Of a stretch of DNA of 64,000 nt, positions 46,931 through 56,562 are shown in pieces (the stretch's first letter is position 1; every line of letters starts with the position of its first letter). The position numbers and the translations under genes were made by a program. A model generated the notes under the pieces. The model searched no databases. It was not told where the DNA came from and was given only the letters and a program-made list of their open reading frames with translations. The DNA comes from an uncultured Candidatus Cloacimonadota bacterium (GTDB lineage Bacteria > Cloacimonadota > Cloacimonadia > Cloacimonadales > JAJBBL01): assembly GCA_964490765.1 (NCBI GenBank), contig CAZBDV010000007.1, forward strand, positions 8,065 to 72,064. The letters run 5' to 3'.

Positions 46931-47773
46931 TTGAGGAGGTATAGCATGAAATCGGTTTGCAAATCAGTAGTAGCTGGAACATTCTACCCTGCTGACCCGC
47001 AAGAACTATCGAAATTAATATCACTTTACCTCAGTGAAGTAGATTTGAAGCTTCCCGAGTTTAACGATATACTCGGAGTTATCGCACCACATGCAGGATA
47101 TATATATTCAGGTGCATGCGCTGCCTACTCCTACAAAGCTATCAGTAATAAGGATTTCAAGCTCGCTGTTATCATTGCCCCTTCACATCAATATGGCGAT
47201 TTTTACTATTCAGTCGGGGATTATGATGCCTGTGCTACACCATTGGGTGAGGTTGAAGTGGATCGTGAACTGACCAGTAAGCTTCTCAATGATTCAAAAT
47301 TTGTCTTCTTCCCTTATGCTCACTCTCGTGAACACTCACTGGAAGTCCAGTTGCCGTTTCTACAGACAATAAAGCCTGATATTAAAATCTTACCGATAAT
47401 AATTGGATATCAATATGCTCAGAGCAGCTTATATCTCAGTGATAAGCTAGCAGAATTGCTAAAAGACCACCTTAATGAGACCATAATCATCATCAGCTCA
47501 GATCTGTCACATTATCACGACCATAAAAAAGCAGAATCAATGGATAAAACCTTTGCTGACGCAGTAGAAAAGATCGATACTGAGTCAGTAAAGACGCTTC
47601 TCGCTGAGCAAAAGAGTGAGGCTTGTGGATTCGGAGGAATACTAACCCTCATGCAACTTGCCAGGAAGTTAAAATATAACCGAGCCAAAACCCTCCATTA
47701 TACACATTCTGGAGAGACGAGCGGTGATTACAACCATGTTGTTGGCTATCTTTCCACTATGTTTTATCGCTGA
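46931..47773 (+). CDS. AmmeMemoRadiSam system protein B (MEMO1 family)
   Basis: VAGTFYP, PHAGYIYSG, EHSLEVQLPFL, SSDLSHY, ACG, VVGY. Confidence 0.93.
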   Translation: MRRYSMKSVCKSVVAGTFYPADPQELSKLISLYLSEVDLKLPEFNDILGVIAPHAGYIYSGACAAYSYKAISNKDFKLAVIIAPSHQYGDFYYSVGDYDACATPLGEVEVDRELTSKLLNDSKFVFFPYAHSREHSLEVQLPFLQTIKPDIKILPIIIGYQYAQSSLYLSDKLAELLKDHLNETIIIISSDLSHYHDHKKAESMDKTFADAVEKIDTESVKTLLAEQKSEACGFGGILTLMQLARKLKYNRAKTLHYTHSGETSGDYNHVVGYLSTMFYR

Positions 47774-47798
47774 TAAATAACTGATACAGGAGCTTACT

Positions 47799-48344
47799 AT
47801 GTTAACAGAAGACCAGAAACTGTTTTTGTTACAGGTTGCCCGCGAATCGATCCTTTCCTGTCTCGAAAACAGAAAATTCGCCCTCGATAGGCCGACTGAT
47901 CGAATCTTTTCGGAAAAGAGGGGTGCATTTGTTACTCTTCATAAGAAAGGGGCCTTAAGGGGTTGTATAGGATATATTAAGCCGTATAAGACAATATTCG
48001 AAACCATCAGGGAGATGGCCAGGGCAGCTGCTTTTGATGACCCTCGCTTCCCGTCGCTTAAGCAAGAAGAAGTGAACGATATCGTTATTGAAATCTCGAT
48101 TCTTTCGGATCTAATTCCACTCAGCAACGAACAGTTATCTGATATAAAGATCGGACGTGATGGTTTATACATCGAAGGTCTTTACGGTTCGGGCCTGCTG
48201 CTACCCCAAGTAGCTGTCGAATTGCACTGGGACAGAGAGACGTTTTTGAGGGAAACATGTAGAAAGGCTGGCCTTACGGCCAATTGCTATCTTCAACCTG
48301 AGAACCAGGTTTACCGATTCAGTGCCGAGATTTTTTCCGAGTAA
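47799..48344 (+). CDS. AmmeMemoRadiSam system protein A (AMMECR1 family)
   Basis: GAFVTL, LRGCIG, DPRF, GLLLPQVA, KAG. Confidence 0.93.
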   Translation: MLTEDQKLFLLQVARESILSCLENRKFALDRPTDRIFSEKRGAFVTLHKKGALRGCIGYIKPYKTIFETIREMARAAAFDDPRFPSLKQEEVNDIVIEISILSDLIPLSNEQLSDIKIGRDGLYIEGLYGSGLLLPQVAVELHWDRETFLRETCRKAGLTANCYLQPENQVYRFSAEIFSE

Positions 48345-48402
48345 GACTGAAATTTATTGACATTAAGGAAGCATATAAAATATTGACAAACAGCAATCAG
48401 GT

Positions 48403-48477
48403 GCGGGAATAGCTCAGTGGTAGAGCGCTACCTTGCCAAGGTAGATGTCGCGGGTTCGACCCCCGTTTCCCGCTCCA
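48403..48477 (+). tRNA. tRNA-Gly(GCC)
   Basis: GCGGGAA...TTCCCGC TCCA; anticodon arm CTACC-TTGCCAA-GGTAG. Confidence 0.96.
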
Positions 48478-48485
48478 TTTTTTTT

Positions 48486-48559
48486 GGCGACATCGCCAAG
48501 CGGTAAGGCAAGGGTCTGCAAAATCCTCATCCCCGGTTCGAATCCGGGTGTCGCCTCCA
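48486..48559 (+). tRNA. tRNA-Cys(GCA)
   Basis: GGCGACA...TGTCGCC TCCA; anticodon loop CTGCAAA. Confidence 0.96.
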
Positions 48560-48568
48560 TTTTTTTTC

Positions 48569-48656
48569 GCCGGAGTGGTGGAATTGGTAGACACAAGGGA
48601 CTTAAAATCCCTCGAGCCTCCAGCTCGTGCCGGTTCGAGTCCGGCCTCTGGTACCA
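48569..48656 (+). tRNA. tRNA-Leu(TAA)
   Basis: GCCGGAG...CTCTGGT ACCA; AGGGA-CTTAAAA-TCCCT; long variable arm. Confidence 0.96.
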
Positions 48657-48661
48657 TATAT

Positions 48662-48693
48662 AAAAAAAACAGCCTGTAACCAGGCTGTTTTTT
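48662..48693. terminator. bidirectional intrinsic terminator
   Basis: AAAAAAACAGCCTG-TAAC-CAGGCTGTTTTTT between convergent units. Confidence 0.88.
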
Positions 48694-49327
48694 ATTCCAG
48701 AATTTTCGATATGCAGGATTTATTCAGCGGACAATCCCTGCAAATGGGTTTCACCCGACAAAAAGCTTTACAATGTTTCACAATAAGAGCGTGATATTCG
48801 TTATAGAGTGAATGATCTAAGGGGAGACCATCCATAAAGTAGTTTTGATAATATTCGTATCTATTATCGGTCGGAACTCTCTTCACTCTTCCCAGAAGCC
48901 TCACAGTATAAGCATCAATAACAAAAACAGGGATTTGATAGGCATAAAGCAGGATAGAATCTGCCGTTTCGTTACCGATACCTTTGAGATTGAGCAGAAA
49001 CGCTCTGGCTTCTTGAATCGGCAAGTTCTCCGGTGACCAATCTTTGAGTTGTTCGGCGATATTCTTCAATCTGGCTGCTTTGACATTATAATATCCAGCA
49101 GATTTAATCAGAGGAGCAATGGTTTCGGCAGGCTGTTGCGACAGCTTGTTCAGAGTACAGAGATTCTCCTGTTTTAAGTTGTCCAGAGCTCTGATGACAT
49201 TTGACCAGTTAGTGTTCTGGGTTAGAATCGCTCCAATGATAACCTCTTCTCTATTATCAGCAGGCCACCAGTTTTGCTTGCCATAATGTTTCAGAAGCTG
49301 TTCATATAAGCTAAAAAGTTCATTCAT
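48692..49327 (-). CDS. endonuclease III-related HhH-GPD protein
   Basis: WWPA, GAILTQNTNW, KGIGNETADSILLY, C-x6-C-x2-C-x5-C. Confidence 0.9.
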   Translation of the reverse strand: MNELFSLYEQLLKHYGKQNWWPADNREEVIIGAILTQNTNWSNVIRALDNLKQENLCTLNKLSQQPAETIAPLIKSAGYYNVKAARLKNIAEQLKDWSPENLPIQEARAFLLNLKGIGNETADSILLYAYQIPVFVIDAYTVRLLGRVKRVPTDNRYEYYQNYFMDGLPLDHSLYNEYHALIVKHCKAFCRVKPICRDCPLNKSCISKILE

Positions 49328-49901
49328 AATTCCGGGGAAAGAGTAATCTTTCTGTCATCTCTATCAGGATATGGAGGATTGTCATATGAACTTCCTGTAT
49401 TCTGTCTGTAGTTTCCCCCTGGACAATCAGCTCGTGGTCACACATACCTTTTATCTTGCCTCCATCCTTACCGAGAAGCCCCACGGTCAGCATATCAAGT
49501 TCTTGTGCCATAGATATAGCTTTGCTAATATTGGGAGAATTACCGCTCGTAGATATAGCGATCAGTATATCCCCTTTGAGGCCATAAGCTCTGACTGCCC
49601 GGGCAAAGATCTCCTCAAACCCGTAATCATTACCCACACAGGTAATGTGGCTTGAATCAGAGAGAGAGATTACCGGCAAAGGTTTGCGGTCATTACGATA
49701 CCTGCCTGTAAATTCCTCGGCAAAATGAACAGCATCACAATTGCTGCCACCGTTACCGCAAATCAGTATCTTTCCCTGATTATTGAAACATTTGGCCAGG
49801 TTTTCAGATATTTCACCCATTATATTGATGTTATCTTTATTGATGAACTCAGTTAGAACGTTCCGAGCATCTTGAAAGGCATTCTTAATTCTTTTTTGCA
49901 T
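49320..49901 (-). CDS. gmhA: phosphoheptose isomerase
   Basis: CGNGGS.CDA.HFAEE, GNDYG, STSGNS, RIQEVH. Confidence 0.95.
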   Translation of the reverse strand: MQKRIKNAFQDARNVLTEFINKDNINIMGEISENLAKCFNNQGKILICGNGGSNCDAVHFAEEFTGRYRNDRKPLPVISLSDSSHITCVGNDYGFEEIFARAVRAYGLKGDILIAISTSGNSPNISKAISMAQELDMLTVGLLGKDGGKIKGMCDHELIVQGETTDRIQEVHMTILHILIEMTERLLFPRNYE

Positions 49902-49912
49902 CTTCTCCTCAC

Positions 49913-52900
49913 TTAAAATTCTGCTCTTGCTTCCACCTTCAATTGATGAACAGTATCCTGTAAAGGATATTTATTCCCACTGTATTCAAACCCTCCAGTT
50001 ATGAAAGGATTTAGTTGATAATTCAGACGGACACTCCATCTGAAAATATTACCCGCTCTCTTCTCAGGCAGGAATGAGAGAAACCCCGATCCGTCTCTCT
50101 CGTTTCTTCTGTATTCGAGCCTCGATAAGAGTCTATATCTCCTCTGAAAGAAGTAGGTTACAGTCTCTGTAATACTATAGCTGCTCAGGCCGAAGAAATC
50201 ACCTCCGAGAGTGCTGTCTCCCGACTCTGTGCTATATTTTAGGAGAGAACCGATCTGAAGATTATTCCCGAATCGATTTCTTATATCGAGTGAATAGATA
50301 TCGCTTTCTGTTCTGGATTCGTAGCGGGATTCCTCTTCCGACCGTTTTTCATAGGTAAGTTCATAATCAGCACCAAAGAATCTCGAAAAGCGGAACATCA
50401 GTTCATTCGCTCTGATATCGGTCCGATACTGGTCCTGGTAACGGTTATCGAGAGTTCTGTCTCTGTTATACCCCATTTTGGCCAAAACCCTTCCCTGAAC
50501 AAGGTCCAGCCATGCTGTCTGACGGAATTGATTCCTGCCATAGATAGTAGATTCCTCATTCATCAACAGATCAGGTTTCAGAAAATAGACATCCCATTTC
50601 TGGTCTGATCTTGAATTCTCCATTACCAGAAAGTAACTCTCTGTCTGTATCCTGCTAAGCCATCTCTTTATTGTGGAGATAAAATCTTTCTGCTGCTCAT
50701 CTTCCTCTGTTTCAGAGATAAAGAGTCGAGGTGTCAGATTAAGCATTAGATCGGCATTGATCTCGATCGACATTTCAGAATCACCTACCTGCACCATGAT
50801 ATAATCATACTCCCCGTCTTCTGAGACCACCCCTGTACTGTCGTATATACCTGCACCCTCTCCGACGAAAATCAGTTCCCTTACATAGGGATAGAATTCC
50901 ACGTTTTTCAATGCATAATTGGCAAACAGGCTAACTCCCCGATTGAGTAACGAATTATTGGTATTGACCTCTGCCATATCATAAGTGCTATCTCCCCCAT
51001 CGGGTAGCTGTTTCACTTCTCTGTGAGAATAAGCTGCTCTGAACCTCTGTTCAGAGAGATCGAGAAAACCTTCACCACCAAGAGTAACAGACTCTCTCAT
51101 CCTCTCCCATCCTTCATTCAGGAGATCATTGAATTCCTGATCGATAAAGAGATTACCGGCAATTCTGCTTGTCTGATAAGTCCCGAAACTAAGACCTCTC
51201 TTTCTATATCGAGTCCCGGTTTCCTCAGTGTCTGTTTCTTCTCCGGAATACTTATCGTTAAATGTTCGATATTGATAGTCACCGGCAAGACGGAAATTCC
51301 CCAGGATATAGTTAGAATCGATCTGATTCTGCTCTATCAACAACTCCTGTTCAACAGGGGTTTCAATATCCTGCCGGGCATAGCTGTAACGGTAGTTCAT
51401 TGTTGGAACAAGAAAATACTGGTTGATTGTTGTATTGAAAGTAAGATTATCGAGCTGATAGCTTTCTCTTCCTCTCTTTCTCATATATCGAACCCTGGGC
51501 AGGAAGAAGTTTTCTATATTGAATGAGAGAGTAGTCCCTGCTTCATCTACAGCAACATCATCAGCTTCAGTGATTTCATAAAAATCGTAATTCAGTTCAG
51601 GATCTCTTATATCGCTAAAAGTATGCAGGTTTTCCGAGAGGTGGCGATAATAAACCATCCAGTTGGGATTTATTCTCGAGAAATCGGGATACATTCTCAT
51701 CTGCCAGTGCAGACCGTATCCGTCATTATCGGAACTGTCAAGCGACGAGAAGGTATTCCGGTCGAATCTCGAGAAGATACTCTCCCCCATCATTTCATAG
51801 AAATCACCATCCCACCGCAATCCGACATCGTAATTTGCCTGGAACTGCGGAGAGGGAAGCAGTCTCATCGGTATCCAGCTACCTTGATTAGGCCCTGCAT
51901 ACTCGAAACTGTTCGGAGTAACCTGTCGATAATCCCCTTCACCCTGACCAACATAGGTAAAGTGAATAATGTATTCTCCACCTGCATTCGGCCCGACGTA
52001 ACGATAATACTCCAGATCAGCCTCTATAACCTTTACATATAGCCCTTCACCCGTTTCAACCTCGATTACACCCTCTGTCCAGGCTGGATCATCACCCGCT
52101 TCTTTGAGTATCTCTCTATCATCTGGAGTGAAGCTCTCCTGCAAGGGGTTGTTCCTGTCATCATTCTGAATAATCATATGATGGTTGAGAGTAAGCTTTG
52201 GTAATAGTTGGACGCGGGAACTGTTAAAATACATATTCTGTCGATAATCCTCATCACTGTATTGAAATTTTATGTATATAAGTGAATTACTGTTGATGAA
52301 ATGTCTGGAGGTGAAACTTACGCTGCCGGCAGCGTAGTCTATCGTATAATCAGTTCCTCTGCTGAGAGCTACTCCATTGAGAAACACCTCTTCAGAACCG
52401 GGAATGACTTGAACTGATGTCCCAACATTGGCAACTGTGATAAAATATGGACCCTGCTTCCCTTCATTGCCAAAGAACTCATTACTGCTCTGTTTGCCCT
52501 TAGAGATAGCAAGGGCACCCTGAAACCTGTTCTGCCCATACCATTCCCCTTTAACTCCTTCAAAGCGACTGGTAAAGTTAATAAACTGAGTATCCTCGAA
52601 GGATATCTCGAGATCACCAAAAGCCAGTTCATATTCATTGCCGTAAAGCATAATATAGATCTGATCAAGGCTGCTTAATTCTCTGGTATCTCCTTCAGGT
52701 GTGAGAGGCGATTGACTGTCAGAGAGCTGAGCTCTGATTCTGAGGTTTCTCCTTAACTCTCCATCAATCCTCAAAAAGAGAGATTGATGAATATTAAAAT
52801 CTTCATCACTACCCACTGAAACAGAAAAGGTTTTACTGCCGGTTATATTGAGTTCGGTATCGGTGAAACCGAGCCTGAACCTGTCACCAACTGCTGTTTG

Positions 52901-53338
52901 AACCTGCAGAGAGTCCGAGTATTCACTCGTGACAAAATAATAGAATTGCCGGTTTATCTCCTCTGGGATCCTGGAATATTCAATCTCAATGGTTTCTTGT
53001 TCAAGCATATAAGAAGGAAAAGAAATCACTCCTGTTTCATAGTCGAGTTGATAATCGACATTCCGTTCAAATAGCTTTTTTTCTTTCTCTCCCTCAATCA
53101 CATCTATTTTATAAACCTTCTCCGAGTTATTGAGAATATTGCCTGAACGGAGTTGAAAGACCGTAAAACCTGACTGGAAACTTATCTGTTCTGTTTTCAG
53201 GATTGGAGAAAAATATCTGCTTAACTCGACACTCTTCCCAATCTCATCCTGACAGAAAAGGCTTTTTGAAGCGATGATAAGAATTAGAAGGATTACCCTC
53301 CCAAATATTATCCGGTTTTGCTTTACTCCTAATTGCAC
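49913..53338 (-). CDS. large putative outer-membrane beta-barrel protein
   Basis: Signal peptide, two DY.(L/I)DY..G.(I/V)SF motifs, alternating beta-strand pattern, terminal Phe (VEARAEF). Confidence 0.6.
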   Translation of the reverse strand: MQLGVKQNRIIFGRVILLILIIASKSLFCQDEIGKSVELSRYFSPILKTEQISFQSGFTVFQLRSGNILNNSEKVYKIDVIEGEKEKKLFERNVDYQLDYETGVISFPSYMLEQETIEIEYSRIPEEINRQFYYFVTSEYSDSLQVQTAVGDRFRLGFTDTELNITGSKTFSVSVGSDEDFNIHQSLFLRIDGELRRNLRIRAQLSDSQSPLTPEGDTRELSSLDQIYIMLYGNEYELAFGDLEISFEDTQFINFTSRFEGVKGEWYGQNRFQGALAISKGKQSSNEFFGNEGKQGPYFITVANVGTSVQVIPGSEEVFLNGVALSRGTDYTIDYAAGSVSFTSRHFINSNSLIYIKFQYSDEDYRQNMYFNSSRVQLLPKLTLNHHMIIQNDDRNNPLQESFTPDDREILKEAGDDPAWTEGVIEVETGEGLYVKVIEADLEYYRYVGPNAGGEYIIHFTYVGQGEGDYRQVTPNSFEYAGPNQGSWIPMRLLPSPQFQANYDVGLRWDGDFYEMMGESIFSRFDRNTFSSLDSSDNDGYGLHWQMRMYPDFSRINPNWMVYYRHLSENLHTFSDIRDPELNYDFYEITEADDVAVDEAGTTLSFNIENFFLPRVRYMRKRGRESYQLDNLTFNTTINQYFLVPTMNYRYSYARQDIETPVEQELLIEQNQIDSNYILGNFRLAGDYQYRTFNDKYSGEETDTEETGTRYRKRGLSFGTYQTSRIAGNLFIDQEFNDLLNEGWERMRESVTLGGEGFLDLSEQRFRAAYSHREVKQLPDGGDSTYDMAEVNTNNSLLNRGVSLFANYALKNVEFYPYVRELIFVGEGAGIYDSTGVVSEDGEYDYIMVQVGDSEMSIEINADLMLNLTPRLFISETEEDEQQKDFISTIKRWLSRIQTESYFLVMENSRSDQKWDVYFLKPDLLMNEESTIYGRNQFRQTAWLDLVQGRVLAKMGYNRDRTLDNRYQDQYRTDIRANELMFRFSRFFGADYELTYEKRSEEESRYESRTESDIYSLDIRNRFGNNLQIGSLLKYSTESGDSTLGGDFFGLSSYSITETVTYFFQRRYRLLSRLEYRRNERDGSGFLSFLPEKRAGNIFRWSVRLNYQLNPFITGGFEYSGNKYPLQDTVHQLKVEARAEF

Positions 53339-53455
53339 TTGCTGCTGCGTAGTTATTACTGGATAAGCAGACTACTCAAAATCGACGAGACAACAAGGTT
53401 GAGATTGCCCCAATCGAGCAGAATCTTATACCTACCCGTATCCCGTTTCTTTTAA

Positions 53456-53881
53456 TTACTCATACTCCAGAGGAAGTAGTAGCCAGAGAGCTATGTAGAT
53501 CAAGATCCCAAATCCACTCGTTAATATTGTCACAATAACGAAAACTATTCTGATGAGACTGACATCAATGCCAAAAAATCTCTCCATGCCAGAACAGATA
53601 CCGGCAATCATCTTCCCTTTGTTCAATCTGGAGAGTTTTCTTGCTGCCTCCTCTTTCGGGGTCACGTCGATCTCTTCCTTATTGTTCTGTATCCCTCTCG
53701 GCAAGATCAGTAAAAGCATAAGATAGATCAGCAAACCGATGCCATTAACAAAAATAAGAATCAGGAAAGCAAGTCTGATCAAAAGTGGATCCAGGCCAAA
53801 AGTTTCAGCCAATCCACCACAAACACCGGCAATTTGTTTATTAGTCGTAGATAAATGTAGCTTTTTGATAATGACCTCCAC
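53456..53881 (-). CDS. tandem PspC-domain protein
   Basis: IAGVCGGLAE.FG.D...IR and IAGICSGME..FG.D...IR. Confidence 0.9.
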   Translation of the reverse strand: MEVIIKKLHLSTTNKQIAGVCGGLAETFGLDPLLIRLAFLILIFVNGIGLLIYLMLLLILPRGIQNNKEEIDVTPKEEAARKLSRLNKGKMIAGICSGMERFFGIDVSLIRIVFVIVTILTSGFGILIYIALWLLLPLEYE

Positions 53882-54029
53882 AAGTTTTTTTTCTTCTTAA
53901 CTTTACAACTCTCATTGTCAATTAAATGTTTTGCCCGCAAACTGTCAATAGACGAATTACACTCGGAAACAGGTTGACATAAACGATATATCATCCTTTT
54001 TTGGGTGTTAATCATCTTGAGGAGGTTAT

Positions 54030-54728
54030 ATGATTAAGATCTTATTGATAATCGTAATAGCATTGTTAGCTGTTATATGCTATTCAGAAACAGAAAAAGA
54101 GAGCCGCATCATAGTTCTGGAGACAAATCATGGGGATATCGAGATTGAATTATACCCCCGGGTAGCACCGAGATTGGTAGAGAATTTCATCGATTTGAGC
54201 GAGGATGGCTTTTTTAACGGCACATATTTCCACAGGGTAATCCCGGATTTTATGATCCAGGGAGGAGACCCAAATACGAAAGATGGAAACAGAGCGACTG
54301 ACGGCCAGGGTGGACCTGACTACCGTTTACCAGACGAAATCAGTGCCAGTGCTCTGGGACTTGATGAACTGCTTATCAAAGATTCCTATATGGCAAATCA
54401 GGTTCCGCCTGACCATCCGGCAAATGAAATGACAATCAAGGAATTTCTGGAGACACAGGGTTATGCTTTCAGCGATAATCTCCCTTCTCTACCGAATGAG
54501 TATGCTCATATCTCCATGGCCAATGCCGGACCTAACACAAACGGGAGTCAATTCTTTATTATTACAGCAAGAGACGGTGCTCCCTGGCTGGATGGTAAAC
54601 ATACTGTTATAGGAAAGGTCATTAATGGTATGGATATCGTCCATAAAATCGAAAACCTGCCTCGTGACAGGCGTGATAATCCTTTAGAGGATAATCAGGC
54701 AATTATCGAGAACGTAACCGTCAGATAA
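54030..54728 (+). CDS. exported cyclophilin-type peptidyl-prolyl isomerase
   Basis: Signal peptide; FHRVIPDFMIQGGDP, SMANAGPNTNGSQFFI, WLDGKHTV. Confidence 0.93.
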   Translation: MIKILLIIVIALLAVICYSETEKESRIIVLETNHGDIEIELYPRVAPRLVENFIDLSEDGFFNGTYFHRVIPDFMIQGGDPNTKDGNRATDGQGGPDYRLPDEISASALGLDELLIKDSYMANQVPPDHPANEMTIKEFLETQGYAFSDNLPSLPNEYAHISMANAGPNTNGSQFFIITARDGAPWLDGKHTVIGKVINGMDIVHKIENLPRDRRDNPLEDNQAIIENVTVR

Positions 54729-54772
54729 CATCAGAAAGCTTGTTCAACAGCTTTAGCTGTTATTAATTATTT

Positions 54773-54797
54773 GGGGGACTTCCGAACGGTCGTCCCC
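54773..54797 (+). terminator. probable intrinsic terminator after cyclophilin gene
   Basis: GGGGAC...GTCCCC followed by T-rich tail. Confidence 0.5.
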
Positions 54798-54821
54798 TTT
54801 CCTTTTTGTGTTGATATTAAC

Positions 54822-55556
54822 TCAAGACAGAAGAAGCTTTTTAAGCCTCTTCACGAGAGTTTGCAACAGGAAATCCACCAGGACACCAACAACTCCCATC
54901 AGGATCAGATAGACAATCATCTCTTCATAGAAGAGCAGATAGCGGAAATCCAGGAGACGGTAACCGAGCCCGACAGACGTTCCCAGCATTTCAGCGGCTA
55001 TTACAACCGTCCAGCCAAGGCCCCAGAGAATTCTGTATAGATTGACAAGAGCAACTGCCGACAGAGGGAGTTCTATATTTAAAAATAGCTGTAGATTGTT
55101 CGCCCCAGAGACACGAGCTTCATCGAGGCAATTCTGGGGTATGATAGAAAATGCTTCAGCTACAGCAATAAGGGCAGGGAAATAGAGAGTGACAAAGAGG
55201 ACAAACAGGACTGGTGCTTCACCCAAACCGAACCAGATGACAGCAAAAGGAAACCAGGCAAAGGGAGAAATATGCCTGACAAAATTTATTGCTGGCATTA
55301 TTAATCTTTCTGTTATCCGGCTGTGATTGATTGCCCATCCTCCGATAATAGCCAGTAATCCGGCAAGAAGAGAGATTAGTGTTACCCGGCTGAACGTGTA
55401 GGACAAATCACGAAATATACTGATATGATTAACTTTTAGACTGAAAAAAGAGGTTAGTCTCAAGTCGAGTGAAAATATAAGGAAATAGATGATCAGCCCG
55501 ATGAAGATACTGGCAAGAATCCAGATATGTTTTTCAATCGTTTTCAAAAATATCAT
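54822..55556 (-). CDS. ABC permease, SsuC/TauC/NitT family
   Basis: ISPFAWFPFAVIWFGLGE, EARVSGA, VVIAAEMLG..GLG. Confidence 0.9.
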   Translation of the reverse strand: MIFLKTIEKHIWILASIFIGLIIYFLIFSLDLRLTSFFSLKVNHISIFRDLSYTFSRVTLISLLAGLLAIIGGWAINHSRITERLIMPAINFVRHISPFAWFPFAVIWFGLGEAPVLFVLFVTLYFPALIAVAEAFSIIPQNCLDEARVSGANNLQLFLNIELPLSAVALVNLYRILWGLGWTVVIAAEMLGTSVGLGYRLLDFRYLLFYEEMIVYLILMGVVGVLVDFLLQTLVKRLKKLLLS

Positions 55557-56457
55557 GATATACCTCTTTCAGTTCTACCCTCCGCCTGAGATATCCGAGA
55601 TCCTCCATTTTCTCTGCTACTCGTTCCTGAAATAGTTTCCCCTCGTCTTCCAGACCAGTAATGAATTTCTGATGATTCAAACTATTCTTGGCAATTGTTT
55701 CGTCGTAACCGAAATGATTGACTATTGCAGATACTCCCCGCTCCTGTTTGGTATTCAGAATATCACATCCCGCCTCTATAGCCCGAAGAAAATCCCTTAT
55801 CAATTCACCTTTCGATGCCAGACTTCTTTCATTTGCTATTATATCACAGCAGGGATGTTCCGGAAAAACTTCACTATACCAGAATAAGAGAGAAAATCGG
55901 TCATCAAATTGAAAGATCGGAGGAACATAGAAACTCAGGGCATCAACATGCCCGTTTCCGAAAGCTACAGCCATCTCTGTCGGAGTTCTGAAATAGACAA
56001 TCTCAGGTTCGATACCCAACTCATCAAGTGCTAGAGAGAGGAATATATCGAGAGTAGAGGCACGCAATACTCCAACTCGTATTCCATTGAGATCCTCTTT
56101 GTTCGTTATTTCCTTACGGCTGATAATTCCGTCACTTTCTCTCTCAAGAAAGGATATTATCTTCAATTCCTTACCTTCCGAAACCCCCTTCCAGGCATAA
56201 GTGAATGGCATGATTGCCAGGTCAATTCTCCCCCCGATCAAGGCTTCATTCACTTCCCAACCGGAGAGAAAACGGTGAATCATGATCTTTTCTTCACTGA
56301 TAATACCATCTTCAAGAGCTATTAGCAGTGGCAGATGATTTGTAGAAGGGGCAATTATTCCAATCTCAAGTCGATATTCATTCCGACGGCAACTCCCGAT
56401 CGATAATATCGTCATACTCAGCAATAATATTAGAATGATTACTTTAGTTTTCTGCAT
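55534..56457 (-). CDS. ABC substrate-binding lipoprotein, SsuA/NMT1 family (ORF track start 56490)
   Basis: Lipobox IGSC; HLPL..A...G, HPCC; GAGG SD before ATG 56457. Confidence 0.85.
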   Translation of the reverse strand: MQKTKVIILILLLSMTILSIGSCRRNEYRLEIGIIAPSTNHLPLLIALEDGIISEEKIMIHRFLSGWEVNEALIGGRIDLAIMPFTYAWKGVSEGKELKIISFLERESDGIISRKEITNKEDLNGIRVGVLRASTLDIFLSLALDELGIEPEIVYFRTPTEMAVAFGNGHVDALSFYVPPIFQFDDRFSLLFWYSEVFPEHPCCDIIANERSLASKGELIRDFLRAIEAGCDILNTKQERGVSAIVNHFGYDETIAKNSLNHQKFITGLEDEGKLFQERVAEKMEDLGYLRRRVELKEVYHDIFEND

Positions 56458-56475
56458 TATATTCCTCGCTGTGAC

Positions 56476-56514
56476 AAAAAAAAGAGCCACCCCGACTGAC
56501 AGTCAGGGTGGCTC
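56476..56514 (-). terminator. intrinsic terminator after rocD
   Basis: GAGCCACCC...GGGTGGCTC preceded by A8 on + strand. Confidence 0.85.
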
Positions 56515-56562
56515 GTGATATTCTTTCTCGAACCTAGATCTTTACTGTTCCTTTCTATTTGA

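Noticed and set aside
48397..48663. ORFs of 60-86 aa over this region
   Set aside because: Shadows of the Gly-Cys-Leu tRNA cluster
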